Source: Schmidtea polychroa
Taxonomy: Eukaryota
DNA length: 64,000 nt
Reading direction: 5' to 3'
Assembly (NCBI GenBank): GCA_044892525.1
Contig: CM097888.1
Coordinates: 72,974,001-73,038,000 of the forward strand
The notes below the pieces were generated by a model, which saw only the letters and a program-made list of their open reading frames with translations, searched no databases and was not told the DNA's origin. The position numbers and the translations under genes are program-made. Shown here one piece after another: positions 15,201-27,580 of this stretch (its first letter is position 1; each line of letters starts with the position of its first letter).

Positions 15201-18200
15201 CTGTTATGTCCGTTGCTATGAGAATAATTTACAGCTTTGCTTGACACACGGTATCACAGATATTCCAGGAGCTTGCACATTCTTTGAGTTAGTGAACACT
15301 ACCATTGACAACGTCAGATAGTCTGTGCAAAAAATGGAGTTATGGACTAAAGTCCAAACAGAGAAAGGTTTGCAGGTATATATATATGATCGGTTTGATT
15401 GCATACTTACTCTGTTGAACATTTCATCTACTGTGACATCTAGAAAAAGGAATTATCGAACTAAAGCTTGTGGAATGTACATTTTGTAGGCGCAGTTTAC
15501 AAAAATGTTTTATTTGTGTTTCTTTCGAGACAGTTTAGTGTCAACTTTCCTGAGTAGGAAGTGTTGCAATCGGCTTTACTTTGACATTACTTTGAAGATA
15601 TATATTACATGAGAAAAGAATTTCTGGTGACGACAGTCAATTGCAGGAAACTTCCCATAGTGCTGTGGACATTGTGTTTGAAAATTCAGAACATGTTATA
15701 AAAGTGAATGTTCCACAAACAAATAAACGAAAAGCGGAGGTTTCTTGTAAGCTACAAGGATCCCCATGAAGTCAACCATGGCCATAGAGCATATAATGAA
15801 ATGAATTCCAAAGATTATCACAGATGTCATGTATTTAATCCAATTCTTGACTGTGTACTGAAGGAACTACGAAGCTGTTTAATTCAAAATAACAATAATG
15901 CCATACTGGGGATTTTAGTCATCACCCGCAACGCGAGTAGTTCTTTCGCTGAGCCATATGGCATAACCATGAAAATTCTCTCATGTAAAATTATTGTTCT
16001 TAAACAACCTACTGTATATAAGTGACGTCTTAATACTTACAATGCCTCTGAAATGTGGATTCCAATGCCTATGGAAGATTATGCAACTTACACTAACTTT
16101 GCTCGTAACAAATTCTTTATAAGAGCTCTCTTTTTCTGTGCTTCGACATTTGAAGACGTATATAGGATCAACAATGAGCCCGGAGAGGCTGCGCAGTTCT
16201 TGCTTGTTGTTTCTATGATTGTTAACTGTGCTGAATGTGATTTTTTATTTTTATTATTATTTTGTTGTCTGTTATTGGACTTTGAAAATGTAAAATAAAG
16301 AAAATAATAATAAATCAATCTACAAATCAAAATAACCATTAGAGGAAAAAATTCTAGAAATCAATAATGCATAAGATTTAAGGATATGATTTTTTATGAT
16401 TTTATTCACGATAATTGTGATTATTTTAATAAACGTTATATAAATTTAGTTGTTTTATATTTTTTATAGTAAATTGTAACACTAAATCTGCATTTACCTA
16501 CACACGATTTCAACACGCATATACCACANNNNNNNNNNNNNNNNNNNNNNNNNNNNNNNNNNNNNNNNNNNNNNNNNNNNNNNNNNNNNNNNNNNNNNNN
16601 NNNNNNNNNNNNNNNNNNNNNNNNNNNNNNNNNNNNNNNNNNNNNNNNNNNNNNNNNNNNNNNNNNNNNNNNNNNNNNNNNNNNNNNNNNNNNNNNNNNN
16701 NNNNNNNTTTTGAAATATATTTCGGCAGATTTGATATTATTATGACAATTACCAAACTCAATAAAAATTATCATACAGGTTCATAACAAATTACTTAATC
16801 ATGTATGTATAATTCATAAGTATGATAATTTTTATTGGATTTGTTAAGTACCTGATGATGATATCTGAGTTGTCGAAATATATTTCAAAACTGTATATAA
16901 GTAACTAAATAATAGTTAAAAACATCATACAAAGACAATAAAACCCAAATGATCGTGTTCAAAAGAATTGTTAGAAATTATAAAAATATTTTTTCGTGTT
17001 GATTTAAACATTTGATTTCTTTCCAATGTTACATATAACAAATGCTATTTCTGGTGAATGTCCGATTGATTTTATAATAATCACGAGTTCAATTCATGGT
17101 TTATTAAAAAAAAATTTTGAATGAAAATTGAATATTTAATATTAATTATTTTTGTAAACTTACATGACAAATATTTGATCATATTTACCTAATTGGAATA
17201 GCAGATAAACTAAAGTTTCAAATAATATATGAGAATGGTGAATGTTGAAATTTTAAAATGTCTGTTAAAATGCCGGAATCAAAATTATTATATTGTCTCT
17301 TGATATATGACTGAATAATTGAATGTTACAGCCTCTGTAATTGTTACGCACAATTCTGAGGAAAAAAATATTATACAGTAAAAACTCTGAAATCCGAGAT
17401 ATCAGAAGACTGATATAAATTTCCGGGCTAGGGGATTTTGCCCCCAATAAGGATTTTTGTATATTATTGCTTTTTTAGGCACGGAATTTTATTAAAATTT
17501 TAAGTTGAATTAGTTTGTTGGTTGGATTAATTTGATGGTAATTATAAATTAAAATAAAATTAGATTTCATCAAACATAGTTAACTTTTAGTTGGTCGTTG
17601 GTACTTCTAGTTATCGCATATGAGATATATGATATCAGTTCATACAAAATGACCTCGATGATTCATCATAAGATTCAAATATAAAATAATATTTTGTCAT
17701 TAAATTTATTTAATTTTGTTTGATTAATTACAATTACAATTACAGTTACAATTATCTTTCATCGCCCTTTAATAGAACCTAAAATTATACTGTATATTTA
17801 AAATTTTACGTGACAAATATTTGAATTTTCAAGTGATTAGTCAAAACAAGTTAAATATTTTTATAATATAACATCTTAGATAAGTTAGGCTTATAAGTTA
17901 ATTTAATTTTTTTGCTCATTACAACAAACCCTAATTTTATTTTATCAATTTTAAAATGCGTTAAAACTATTAAGATTTTTTTTCTAAAGAATCATTCAAG
18001 AGTTTGTCTCCCAATCCGAACCATTTGCCAAACGATGTATTACCTGAGTCCAATTCGAATGGCAACAGAAATAACAATTTATCAGAAATCAACTCCGAGG
18101 TCTCCTCAACGATCTCTGCTGGGGTTGATTTGAATAAAGATCCTGCTTCTAATAATAAATTTCCTAAGTATAAATTAGAAATCACAGGTCACAAAGACAA

Positions 18201-18515
18201 AATTAAATTGGCAAAGGAAGAAATCATTAAATTATTTGTGTTGGATTTAGAGGTAAAAATGATTTTTTATCTATTAAAATTTCTATTTCCAAAAAGTCTG
18301 CAGGCAGTAGATCCCAGTGTTAATATATTAAATTGATATAAATAAAATTCAACATAATTTTATTTTGACAAGTTAAAGATGTTTTCCAAGGATAATGTCT
18401 AATTTCTGTTGCGTTTTATAGTTATTATTTATTGATTAGGTAAATAAATTTGACAAAATAATTAAACCACCTGTCTCTTTTTGAAGTTTTATTTCGGAAA
18501 GTATTTCATGTTGAA

Positions 18516-18601
<86 letters not shown>

Positions 18602-21600
18602 CTATGATATTACAAATTTTGTATTTTCTATATATGACTTGTGCTAAAACCATATTTTGCTTATTCGTTTATAAAAGGATATTTTCCCGTTTGGATTAAT
18701 AAGAAATCATAATTTGAGTATTTTTGTAATTTAGTAATATCTTATAGAATATCCATTATTAATTTTTAATTAATTCTTTCATTCTTCTTTCATCATCTGG
18801 ATAAAGTAGTGTATTTCATAGAAATATTTTACATAACTCGGTTGCAGCACACCTCAAAACTTTTTTTTATTGTAATTTATGAACGTATATATTAATATGT
18901 TTATAATTTCACTAAATTGATGTCGAGCTAGCTAAATAGCAAGTTTTAATTAAGTTTTTAAATTCATGTTCATTCAATTTTATTAAAATAGTCAAATTAA
19001 TGGCGGCTAAGAGTATATACAAAAACCCGAAAAAAGTGACTATTAACGGTCTAACCACTCAGCAATTTGGAATGCATTATTTCCACGCGAAAACGCACAC
19101 ACGCACACGTGTTTTTTCATTAAAAATTATGTCATTTTATTTAAATTTTTTAATATTATTTATTAATATTATTATTACTATTGTTATTATGTTTTAAGAA
19201 CTATTTTCAATTTTCACNNNNNNNNNNNNNNNNNNNNNNNNNNNNNNNNNNNNNNNNNNNNNNNNNNNNNNNNNNNNNNNNNNNNNNNNNNNNNNNNNNN
19301 NNNNNNNNNNNNNNNNNNNNNNNNNNNNNNNNNNNNNNNNNNNNNNNNNNNNNNNNNNNNNNNNNNNNNNNNNNNNNNNAAAAATAATATAAATAACTAG
19401 ATCAATTTAAATAAATAGATCAAATTTTAAGAAAGTAAGCTTTAAATAATTTCTAAATTACATAAAGATTTATTAAAAAAATTATGGACTAATTATAGAA
19501 GCTTTAAAAACTTAATTTTGAAATTTGGAGTAAATTTAAGTTTAAAATCTTTATTTTTTAGCCGAACATTTTTTCATTTTATTGAATATATAATTCGAAG
19601 CAAAAGGCTTATATTATCATTTAATTATTATTATTTTAAAAATAAAGATTATTGATTTATACACTTAATCTCATTATACTTGTTTTTAAGTGACAGATAC
19701 TGTAAATAAATATGTTGCAAGCAATAGATTAGTATTGACGTCTTTTCACTTTTTAGCCATATGGATCAGTTATGCCAATGGGCATTATATATAAGATTTA
19801 ATCGATTTATATTTGGAATTAAGATTATTTAAAATTTTATTATATATATATATATTTATTTATTTATTTATTTAAAAAATCTTGAAAACTATAAATCAGT
19901 AGCATATCGGTGTTTTGATATTCAATATTAAAAACATCGAAATATTACTGATTTATAGTCTTCAAGCTATTTTTAATATATACAATGGAATATATATGAT
20001 ATAATTGTATTTATTATAAATAATGACTTTAGATCTGTCTGTCAGTGTTAGTACTTTATTCACATAATCGTGAAACATGACTCTAATTTCAATATTAATA
20101 AACGTCACTTGAATATTACATACTGTATATTTTGTCAGATTCAATCTCATCATCAGATAGGAATTAAAAAACTAGATTTTAAATTGCTCATTCAAATAAT
20201 TTATAAAGTTTTAAAAAATTATTAATCAAATATATCGTGTAAGTTATGTTTAGTAGCGGTTAATATTTCATTTGAATAAATATTTTACCTGAAAGTATTA
20301 AAATTTACATTCTCCACAAAAAATACAGAATACTTTTACTTAGGAGTATTATTTTAACATCTTAATTTTTGAATCCTTGGAATTTTTGAAAATTTTCGTT
20401 GATTTATATATACATATTTAATTATTTTGGAATAACTTTATCAGACTATTTAGTATTTGCAAAATCCTTTTTATTATTTTTTCATTATGAGTAAGAAGAC
20501 TATATTGACTAAACTGAGTCACTTGTAAAAAATTTGTCTTGAGATGGTTGCGGTGCCTGTTAGTATTGAATGATAGTTACATTGCTAAAAATTAACAACA
20601 ACAATAGAAAAATTCTTAAACACTAATACGAATATCTAAATTCCTTGATCTTACTAAAATTTATTTACGCATATCTCACATTTATTCATAATTTTAGTCA
20701 ATATTGTCGAATTGTTTCCAAAATGGTTGATATTACCAAATAAATTTATTATCAATTTTTTAAAATATATTTTCCATAGTTAATAATTTAGTGTTTACCA
20801 TGTAGAATTAATTGGCTTTTTAATAAATAATTATAATTATAATAAAACGCATCACGATGAATTTAACATAACATGAACTATCGAAATAATAGTTCTGTTT
20901 AACCTTTTCGCACCGAAGACCGTATTTTACCGATTTCATTATATTTAAGCGACGAATGCCGGACGCTTCCGCTTTATGTGTTAGATATGTTTATTTGTGT
21001 CTGTTATTTTATTTGTCATGTATGAATCTGGCAGTAGTAGTTCTTATTTCATAGTGGGAACGCGAACGTTTGCATACTTGATAACTATCGAAAACTCTCC
21101 GTCTTAAAGGCATATTTAATAGGAAAACAGCACGCCGTGAAAAGATTAATATTTAAGTCAAAAATAGAGTTATTACTTTTTCAATTTATTTCAGTCGACC
21201 TTTTTTCTTTCTTATGAAGTTAAATTTTGATATAAGTTTTTAAATAATTATATGCTATGATTTTAAAAGTAATTTCAGAATTCCAACTTCATAATTTGCG
21301 GGACGGACATCGACATTTTATATCATTATATATTAATTAAAATGTCATTATTTTGATAAAATATTTTATTATTATTATTTTAAAAATCAAAAAACATCAA
21401 ACTATTATCTAATCAAGACTTATACGACATCTGAAAACACTTATGTTGAAAATTCATTTAAATAAAAAATATAATACAAATATTTAATAGGTAAATGTTC
21501 CAGAAGAATTCTATCCAGCTTTGATCGGAGCAAAGGGAGAAAAAATTAAAAAACTAAGAAACACTCATCAAGTTGACATCAAAATACCAACTAAAAATTC

Positions 21601-24600
21601 GAAATTCACTAAAGTTATTGTCACTGGCTCCTCTGAAAATGCAGTAGCTGCTAAAAAAGAAATTATAGAATTTGTTGAGCAATTGGAACGCTTGAAGCAA
21701 GAAAGGTTCGTCAAATATTTATTATTATTATTATTGATTTTTCTTTTATAAAATAAAAAAATTATCATGTCAATTCTTTTTAATGTAGAGAAATAAGAAA
21801 CTTCAGTCTTGCGTTACACGTCCCAGCACAATATCACAGAAAATTGATTGGAAATAAAGGAGAAACAATTAGTAAAATTCGAACGAAAAATTCAGTCAGA
21901 ATTAGCGTTCCTTCACAAGATAGTAATATCAATGAAATTACAATTCAAGGCCACAAAGATAACGTTGAAAAAGCCAAAAATGAAATTATTGCATTTGTCA
22001 ATAAATTGGTATGATTATTCCTTAGTTTTAAAATAAAATTTGTTTACAACCAAAAATTTATAAAAATTTATAAAAAATTATTCGTTAAATTTATTTTTTG
22101 TACCCAATAAATTATAATAAATAATAAATTTAAAAATCAAACTTATTCCAATCAAATCTTAATTTATTATTTTTTTTAATTAATTCATTAATTAGAAACT
22201 TTATTTTTTTTTATTATTTTCTATTTTTTTATTATTTTTTATTATTTTTTATTTAGTTTGTACTTGTATATTTTTATAATTGGAGATTAATTTTTTTGCT
22301 TCTACATTATTAGAAGTTTTTTAAATTTGAAATGTTAATGGATTATATTGGTAGATAAGAAAACTGAGAGAGTGATTGCGTGGTATAAAATTTGAGAATG
22401 AATATTTGTGATGTGTTAAACAAGTCCCTCTCCTAATATAGAATTCAAAATAATAACTTAGTCATTTTTAATTTTGAAGTAGTCATAGGTGAAGAAAATG
22501 AAGTTTGTTCTATTCCAGTGTTGTCCAAACTTTTATGAGCCACGGCACACTTGGCTTAATTTCGCGGCACACCTAAATTTTTTTTGCTTTATTTGCAATT
22601 TTTTATCGCACTTTTATTAATCTTTTAATAAGAAATGAAAAACTTATAAACTAAAAAATATTATTATTTAATATTTAAGATTCTAAATAAACATAATTAA
22701 GCTGCTTACGTATTTTAGATAGTCAATATTTCTAGTAAGAAATATAAATATGATTGTAAACAAATAAATTTCGCACTTAATTGACTGATTAACATTTAAA
22801 TTTGAAATAACTGTTAAAATATCCACAATTCAATTTCCTTTTATTAAGTTGTTTGGAAAAACAAGGCTTTTTTGACTTTCTATTAAAAAAATTTCACGGC
22901 ATACCTGGCCACCCGCCACGGCACACAGTTTGGACAACACTGTTCTATTCTATGAATTTTTCAACTGTTGTTGCCAAGACAAATCATTATCGCATCTGTC
23001 GTAGACAAAAAACGAATGTCACATTAATTGTTACTGAAGTAGTTGAAGAAGAAGTAGCAGAAGTCGCAGACACCAGCGACAGTTTAGATAAACACGTCTG
23101 TTCATCCGCTTGTGTGAACCGCAAACCGCTGTTTGAACTGTTTGGATATTTTTTAGTTTTACCTTCGGAACAACGTGGTAATTCTCCATGGATTCCTGAC
23201 CTCGAAGAAGCAGTTGATTAAATTAATTTTACTTGGTCCACTGTTATGATTTTTAAACATTTTAAACGGATTCTTGCTTAATTTAAACATCTTAATTAGA
23301 GTGCTTGAAACAATTTTAAAATCCTTATATAAATTTCATTTTACCTTTTGTTTGAAGCATTAAATTGTTTTTAAACTGTTACAACTGTCTGCAAATTTGT
23401 ATATTATGTAACTTATGTCCTTATTTTATGTAATTTATGTCAATAGGATTAAGTAACTTGTTACATAAAACAAAACACAAATAGTATTAGGAATTATACA
23501 TATATTTTATTTAATAAAGATTAAATTATTCTGAAGTATTAGATAAACATTCTTAGATTAATAAGAAATTAATTAAGAAATTCACTTGAAAAAGGCAGTG
23601 CCGAAAATTCGTGAATATCAAAAACAGATGTATTTACTGATTCATAGTCTTCAAGCTCTTTTTAATAAATACAATGGGAAAAAATCAGTGGTGAAATTCG
23701 AAAAAAATGTTCTTATAATTCTTAGATTAATAGTTTTTAATTTAATATTAATTAATAAATATAACTTTAAAAAATTGTTTGTTTAATATTCATTAGCCTG
23801 TTTTTGGGAAAATTTGGAACACCTTAGAATACTTTGAATTCATCTAAAATATATATTCAACCAGAGCTTAAGTTCTACTGGAGTGATCCAAATTTTCTAT
23901 TAGGAAAATTAAAACTTTTTTATAAAATATTAATAATGAATTAAATATAGGTTTCTTTCTATTTTCAACAAATTAGCACTGGATTCTGAAAAGATTTCTT
24001 TTAAATTGCGTCAAAATGATATTTTTTTATCCGTTTTTTAATCCGTTATATATATATAAAATATTCAAATTGTAAGTTGTGAAAATTCACTTTAAATACA
24101 AACTAAATATTTCTTAATATATTAATACAAGGATTCCCAACCTTGTGTATGCGGGCAAGCAGCTACCGGTATGCGAATTACTTTACTATATATAAAGCAA
24201 AAATCTGTTTTGCGAAAAAAAAACAACTACAATAACCCAGACATTTTAATATTTTACAATTTCTAATTTTCTAAAATTTTAAATGCCATTTGCGACCACG
24301 TATTTATATGAAACAGAATATTCTGCAATGATTGCGATGAAAACCAAGTATAGAGCTTTGCTGGACATTGAATCAGATTTTCGCCTTATACTGACAGACA
24401 TTGAGCCCGATATTTCTTCTTTAGTTAATAATAAACAGGCCCAACCTTCTCACTAACTATTAAGTCATAATACGGTACTATGAAAAGTTTGGGAACCCCT
24501 GTATTAATATAAAGTTTATTGGTTAATATTAAGTTTTTTAACTTTTTTATCTAACGGTTTTTTACTAAAACTTGTTTCAGCTTAATTTAAGCTTATGAGA

Positions 24601-26982
24601 TTGAAATAAGTATGTTAGTAGTTAGCTAGCCAAAGGAAAACTCAGTGCTCCAGTGGCTCAATCGAAATATATCTTTTTTATTATTTATGCAATTTAAATT
24701 CACAGTCAAAGCCACAAATGAAAACAAATCAATGTTTCACAAGTTAATAAAATAAAAATAATAGACAATATGTGAAGTTTCATATATTAGAGATAGACTA
24801 GGCATTATGTAAAATTATATTAAAGATTATTTATATATACAAATAGTGTTTTAATAATATAAACAGTTTTTATTCATTCATTCCTAAAAGTATATAAATT
24901 GTAGGTAAAATTCAAATTCATATGATATATTTCAGAAAAAAAACTTCTTTAATTCCCTATTTATCCCACCATATATTAACGATTTCAAAGCTTTTTGATA
25001 AGTTTTCTTTCCAATTCATATCTATAATTTGGTTAATTCTTTAATTTGTGAAAAGTTTACCATTTTATATATAAGATTTGCACCTTTAGAGCACTATTAA
25101 ATAAAATAATACTCACTTGTCAATAATACTAAACTATTGATTTTAAAAAATAAATATCGTATGTAACAATTGAATAAATAGTATTTTAAATATCATGTAT
25201 ATCATAACCTTTACTTAGAAAGTATTCATAATTTATATACATTTTATCAGATTTAAATATCTTCTATCATTGACTTCACCTATAATTTAGCAACATGTAG
25301 AACTTACAATATAAAATAATATAATTCTTCCATTAATTTGACCTTTGACAAATTACACATAATAGCTCTAGGGGTTTTATCTGGATTTAGACGAAAATAT
25401 AAAAAATATTCATAAAATTTACATAATTATACGATAATATATCTCGTAGTCAGTTGGGTATTTTTAACCTTTTTTTTAACCATGGGCGACAGAAATGAGT
25501 TCAATATGAAGAATTTCATATCTCTGGATAATGCTTGATTGCACATCTTTGTGATTGAATTTTTCATTTATAACTACTTATAATTTTAAGTAATAAAATC
25601 AGATGTCTTTAAATTGTATTGTATTATAAATAATTTATTACTTTATCGTTGTAAAAACGTATTTCATATTATCATATCTTAGTATTAAACAAAACTTTCC
25701 ATCAAGTGTTCATCTTTTATAATATGTATTATTATATGTCAAATGGGTATACTATTTCTTTGGTACACTGTTCCTAAACTATTATCAATTACCTACGAAT
25801 TCAAATCGGTCATATTTTCATAATTTATTAGTGGTTTAGTAGCGAAACTGCTTTTAAATTGTTTATTGTCAGTCGGTAACACTGGACCTTATAACAGCAT
25901 ATTTTTCTGTTTATCAACTAGAATGATCCGCTTTGATAAGAAATTGCTCAATTCTTCAGAATAAACATCAAAAAATAACTTTTGTATTTTCTTTCAGTTT
26001 TCGAACAATAAAGTTTATTCTTTGATATCACGATTTTCTAAATATATTTAAATCTTATTATTATCATAATGCACGACATATTTCCTTTCAGCTAATACAT
26101 TCGAAATTTTCAAGTCTTATCAAATATTTCGCAAACTAGGCCCCCTACATTACCAGTAACCCGTCCGCTGCCACAGTAGTGATTAATAGCTTTAATGATA
26201 ATTAATCTTGCTTCAACATTTAAATAATTCCCAGTTCTGTAGCGGCTTATATTAAGTTACGCAAATTTATTATTGTTTTTAATTTATTTTAGTTTGTGCG
26301 TAAAAAAGTGTGAATTAATAAATGAACTTAAAACATTTATTGAATGTGCCTTAAGTTTGCAAGTCCCCAAATACAACAAAATAATATATATAAAGCAAAC
26401 AACAGTTTTAAAAATAATAATTAAAATAGGAATCAGGAATTATCGAAGTGTTGAACATCGATTCTCGTATTCACAGTAGATTGATCGGATCTCGAGGTGC
26501 AAATTTAGATCAACTGAAAAAGAAATATAAAGTAGAAATCGTTTTCCCGATTCGAGGAACAGAAGGTGAAGAAGCAAACATAGTAAAAGTGAAAGGAACT
26601 AAAGAAGCGGTCGATCGATGTGCCGATGAGTTAGTCGATCGAGCAAATGTTATGGTTAGAATATGAATATTATTTTGGAACATTGAATTCATTTCCAACC
26701 GTTTGGTTTTAGCTTGATGAAATCAATGATCGAATGCAACAAGAAGAAAATAAATCAAACAAATTTGAATCCAATTTACAACCAGAAGAAACTCCAGTAC
26801 CAAAGTCTTGTGTATCTCAGAAATCGGGATTTCAAATTCGTAATGCTCCCTGGGATGCTGCGGGTAACAATGTCAATTGGTCATCGGTCAGTGATCAAAA
26901 TTTAATGAACGGAGGCAATCACATACCAATGCCATCACAGACATCGTCATGGAGACAAATATTTTCTAAATCACACGATTAA
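293..26982 (+). CDS. HDLBP: Vigilin / HDL-binding protein (multi-KH RNA-binding protein), 3' portion; the 5' exons lie upstream of the window
   Basis: Phase-consistent GT-AG exons: 293-511, 3641-3923, 4982-5130, 5184-5408, 11578-11707, 11957-12055, 17990-18252, 21491-21705, 21789-22008, 26430-26654, 26713-26982 (TAA). They encode 8 tandem KH domains (IIGREG, LIGKGG, LIGAKG, LIGNKG, LIGSRG) in vigilin order, plus the vigilin C-terminal motif GFQIRNAPW (human GFVVRDAPW, from memory). Confidence 0.95.
1100..1452 (-). mobile_element. Mariner (DD34D-type) transposase relic in vigilin intron 1
   Basis: Minus-strand translation with stops: IFWDQNGIICTDFIEKG*INSTYYSNLL...LLQGNASIH...YPLYSLDLNSGDFYLF, matching the mariner motif YSPDLAPSDYHLF. 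Confidence 0.75.
1570..2170 (+). mobile_element. IS630-Tc1-mariner transposase relic (non-mariner subgroup)
   Basis: Disrupted frames: GLKCFRRIRAP, NDESYFKL (first catalytic D), QLIVWICISEKG, NIPQCHPVENYWLLLKAQVY (catalytic E region). A possible right TIR remnant lies near 2290-2311. Confidence 0.75.
4075..4155 (+). mobile_element. Ty3/Gypsy aspartic protease fragment
   Basis: IAEVQQSIIGADFLAHYNL matches the Gypsy protease C-terminal motif IADVxxPILGADFL. Short fragment only. Confidence 0.55.
5617..5690 (+). mobile_element. 5' end of a non-autonomous Helitron-like element (same family as 58655-59050)
   Basis: TATAAAAATGAAAGTATGTATTTGTAAGTCTGGATATATAAACTTCAAATTATGGGTAAAAGATAGACAA is nearly identical to the reverse complement of about 58975-59045. 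Confidence 0.5.
6008..6865. repeat. Diverged direct repeat of about 130 bp (6008-6135 and 6737-6865)
   Basis: Shared TGGTTAAAAATAAATA...GTAATTTTAAAATAAACTAG(T/C)TATGT.TTACTC.TT.C.AATT. Confidence 0.7.
7200..8545 (+). mobile_element. hAT transposon relic, SPIN/GTF2IRD2-like
   Basis: Degenerate frames: IIHQESL, YGDVIYFTNVCWLSRGRCLRIF, DLCFLVDMTAHFNSLNLKLQ. Right TIR AGGTTGGTCAGGCCTG ends at 8545 and is followed by ATTTAAAT. The left end was not found. Confidence 0.85.
10828..10870 (-). ncRNA. Degenerate hammerhead-ribozyme-like motif (Penelope pLTR type)
   Basis: Minus strand: CTAC-CTGATGA-T-GA...TGTC-GAAA-TATA-TT. Stems I and II carry mismatches. Confidence 0.35.
10975..11200 (+). mobile_element. 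Penelope-like element N-terminal ORF relic
   Basis: One frame with 2 stops: KRLMKIYNVL*RKELDICFLETCLEE*MIPSFIFKMKLSD..., resembling the N-terminal LDxxFLxxCxxxxLIPKF motif of Penelope-type ORFs. It lies next to a hammerhead-like motif. Confidence 0.4.
12370..13030 (-). mobile_element. Inverted, diverged 5' region of a hAT-like element with spliced-leader-like structure
   Basis: Shares TTTATTCATTGCAAACG (12795-12811 on -, 14641-14657 on +) and AATGTTA.ATTTCGCGGTTAGGTGTA (12903-12928 on -, 13847-13872 on +) with the upstream region of the hAT relic at 14.6 kb. It has regular GT-AG intron-like spacers of 42-52 bp. Confidence 0.4.
13300..14640. repeat. Diverged tandem duplication, period about 790 bp (13300-13860 and 14090-14640)
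   Basis: Shared blocks AAATCGTAAATTTTA, TTTAAGA.CTTGAA.A.TGATCTCATAA.TAT....ATCAAAATTCAA and CACACCAAC.TATATTATAGA. Confidence 0.7.
14636..16225 (+). mobile_element. hAT transposase relic, ZMYM1/THAP12(PRKRIR)-like
   Basis: PKNATYISIQSQNELL, KPFYFIVVAD...CIRYV, CITQCYDTTPVMS, VFNPILDCVLKEL, and the dimerization domain LTLLVTNSL*ELSFSVLRHLKTYIGSTMSPERL. Multiple stops and frameshifts. Confidence 0.85.
16845..16886 (+). ncRNA. Degenerate hammerhead-ribozyme-like motif (Penelope pLTR type)
   Basis: GTAC-CTGATGA-T-GATA-TCTGAGT-TGTC-GAAA-TATA-TT. Core and stem II are present, the stem I partner is missing, and AATAAA lies downstream. Confidence 0.35.
18519..18600. repeat. (TA)n microsatellite
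   Basis: About 41 uninterrupted TA units. Confidence 0.97.
19889..19990 (+). repeat. Dispersed repeat family A (copies about 8300-8425, 19889-19990, 23580-23720, 51616-51812, 61243-61360)
   Basis: Common tail CATAGTCTTCAAGCT...TTTAATAAATACAATGG...TGGTGAAATT.GAAAA...GTTCTTATAAT (partial in this copy). All copies are in + orientation. Confidence 0.8.
20903..21145. mobile_element. piggyBac-like MITE (243 bp)
   Basis: Flanked by TTAA at 20899-20902 and 21146-21149, with imperfect TIRs CCTTTTCGCACCG and (reverse complement) TCTTTTCACGGCG. Confidence 0.6.
22516..22942. mobile_element. hAT MITE (427 bp)
   Basis: Perfect 16-bp TIR CAGTGTTGTCCAAACT; perfect 8-bp TSD TTCTATTC. Confidence 0.92.
24128..24501 (+). 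mobile_element. Non-autonomous Buster/Charlie-type hAT (374 bp)
   Basis: TIRs CAAGGATTCCCAACCT / CAGGGGTTCCCAAACT; perfect TSD TATTAATA. Internal transposase C-terminus MPFATTYL...SAMIAMKTKYRALLDIESDFRLILTDIEPDISSLVNNKQAQPSH*. Confidence 0.9.
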
Positions 26983-27515
26983 TTAATATTGGCTATATAA
27001 ACATTATTAATTTTATTTTTCACTGAATATTTTCGCAATTTCTTCTAACGAGGTATCCTTGTGAAAATCGATATCGATTATTTGGAGAAAATCAGCTTTT
27101 ATTTGTCCAAAGCAATATTTCTGTTAATATTATTGATTGCTGGTGTTTTCTAGTGCCTTAACTATTATTATATTTTCTCTTCTTTACTGATCGGCCATTT
27201 GCACATCTCAGCGGAATTTTGATAGAAGACAAAATTAATCGAGGAAAAAAATTTTCAAAAAAAAAAAACTTTAATTCTTACACAAACTATTTTCAGATAC
27301 TATTGATTGAGATGATTTTTATTGTAAATTGATTTTTCCGTTTCTATTACGCGCGTGTGCGATCAGATTATTTAGACAACGATTACCAATATATATGACA
27401 AGTTTTTGTGGTTTATAATCGGCTCAATATTTTGTCAACAAATTTGATTAATAATCGATTAGGAAACATTTATTGATATATTGTTTATGTTATTTTGTTT
27501 TTATTGTTTATCGCA

Positions 27516-27580
27516 ATGATGACGACGATGAGAATGACAACAACAACAACAACAGTGATAATGATGATGATTATTATTAT
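27516..27580. repeat. Compound trinucleotide repeat downstream of vigilin
   Basis: ATG/ACG/ACA/ATG/ATT runs. Confidence 0.7.
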
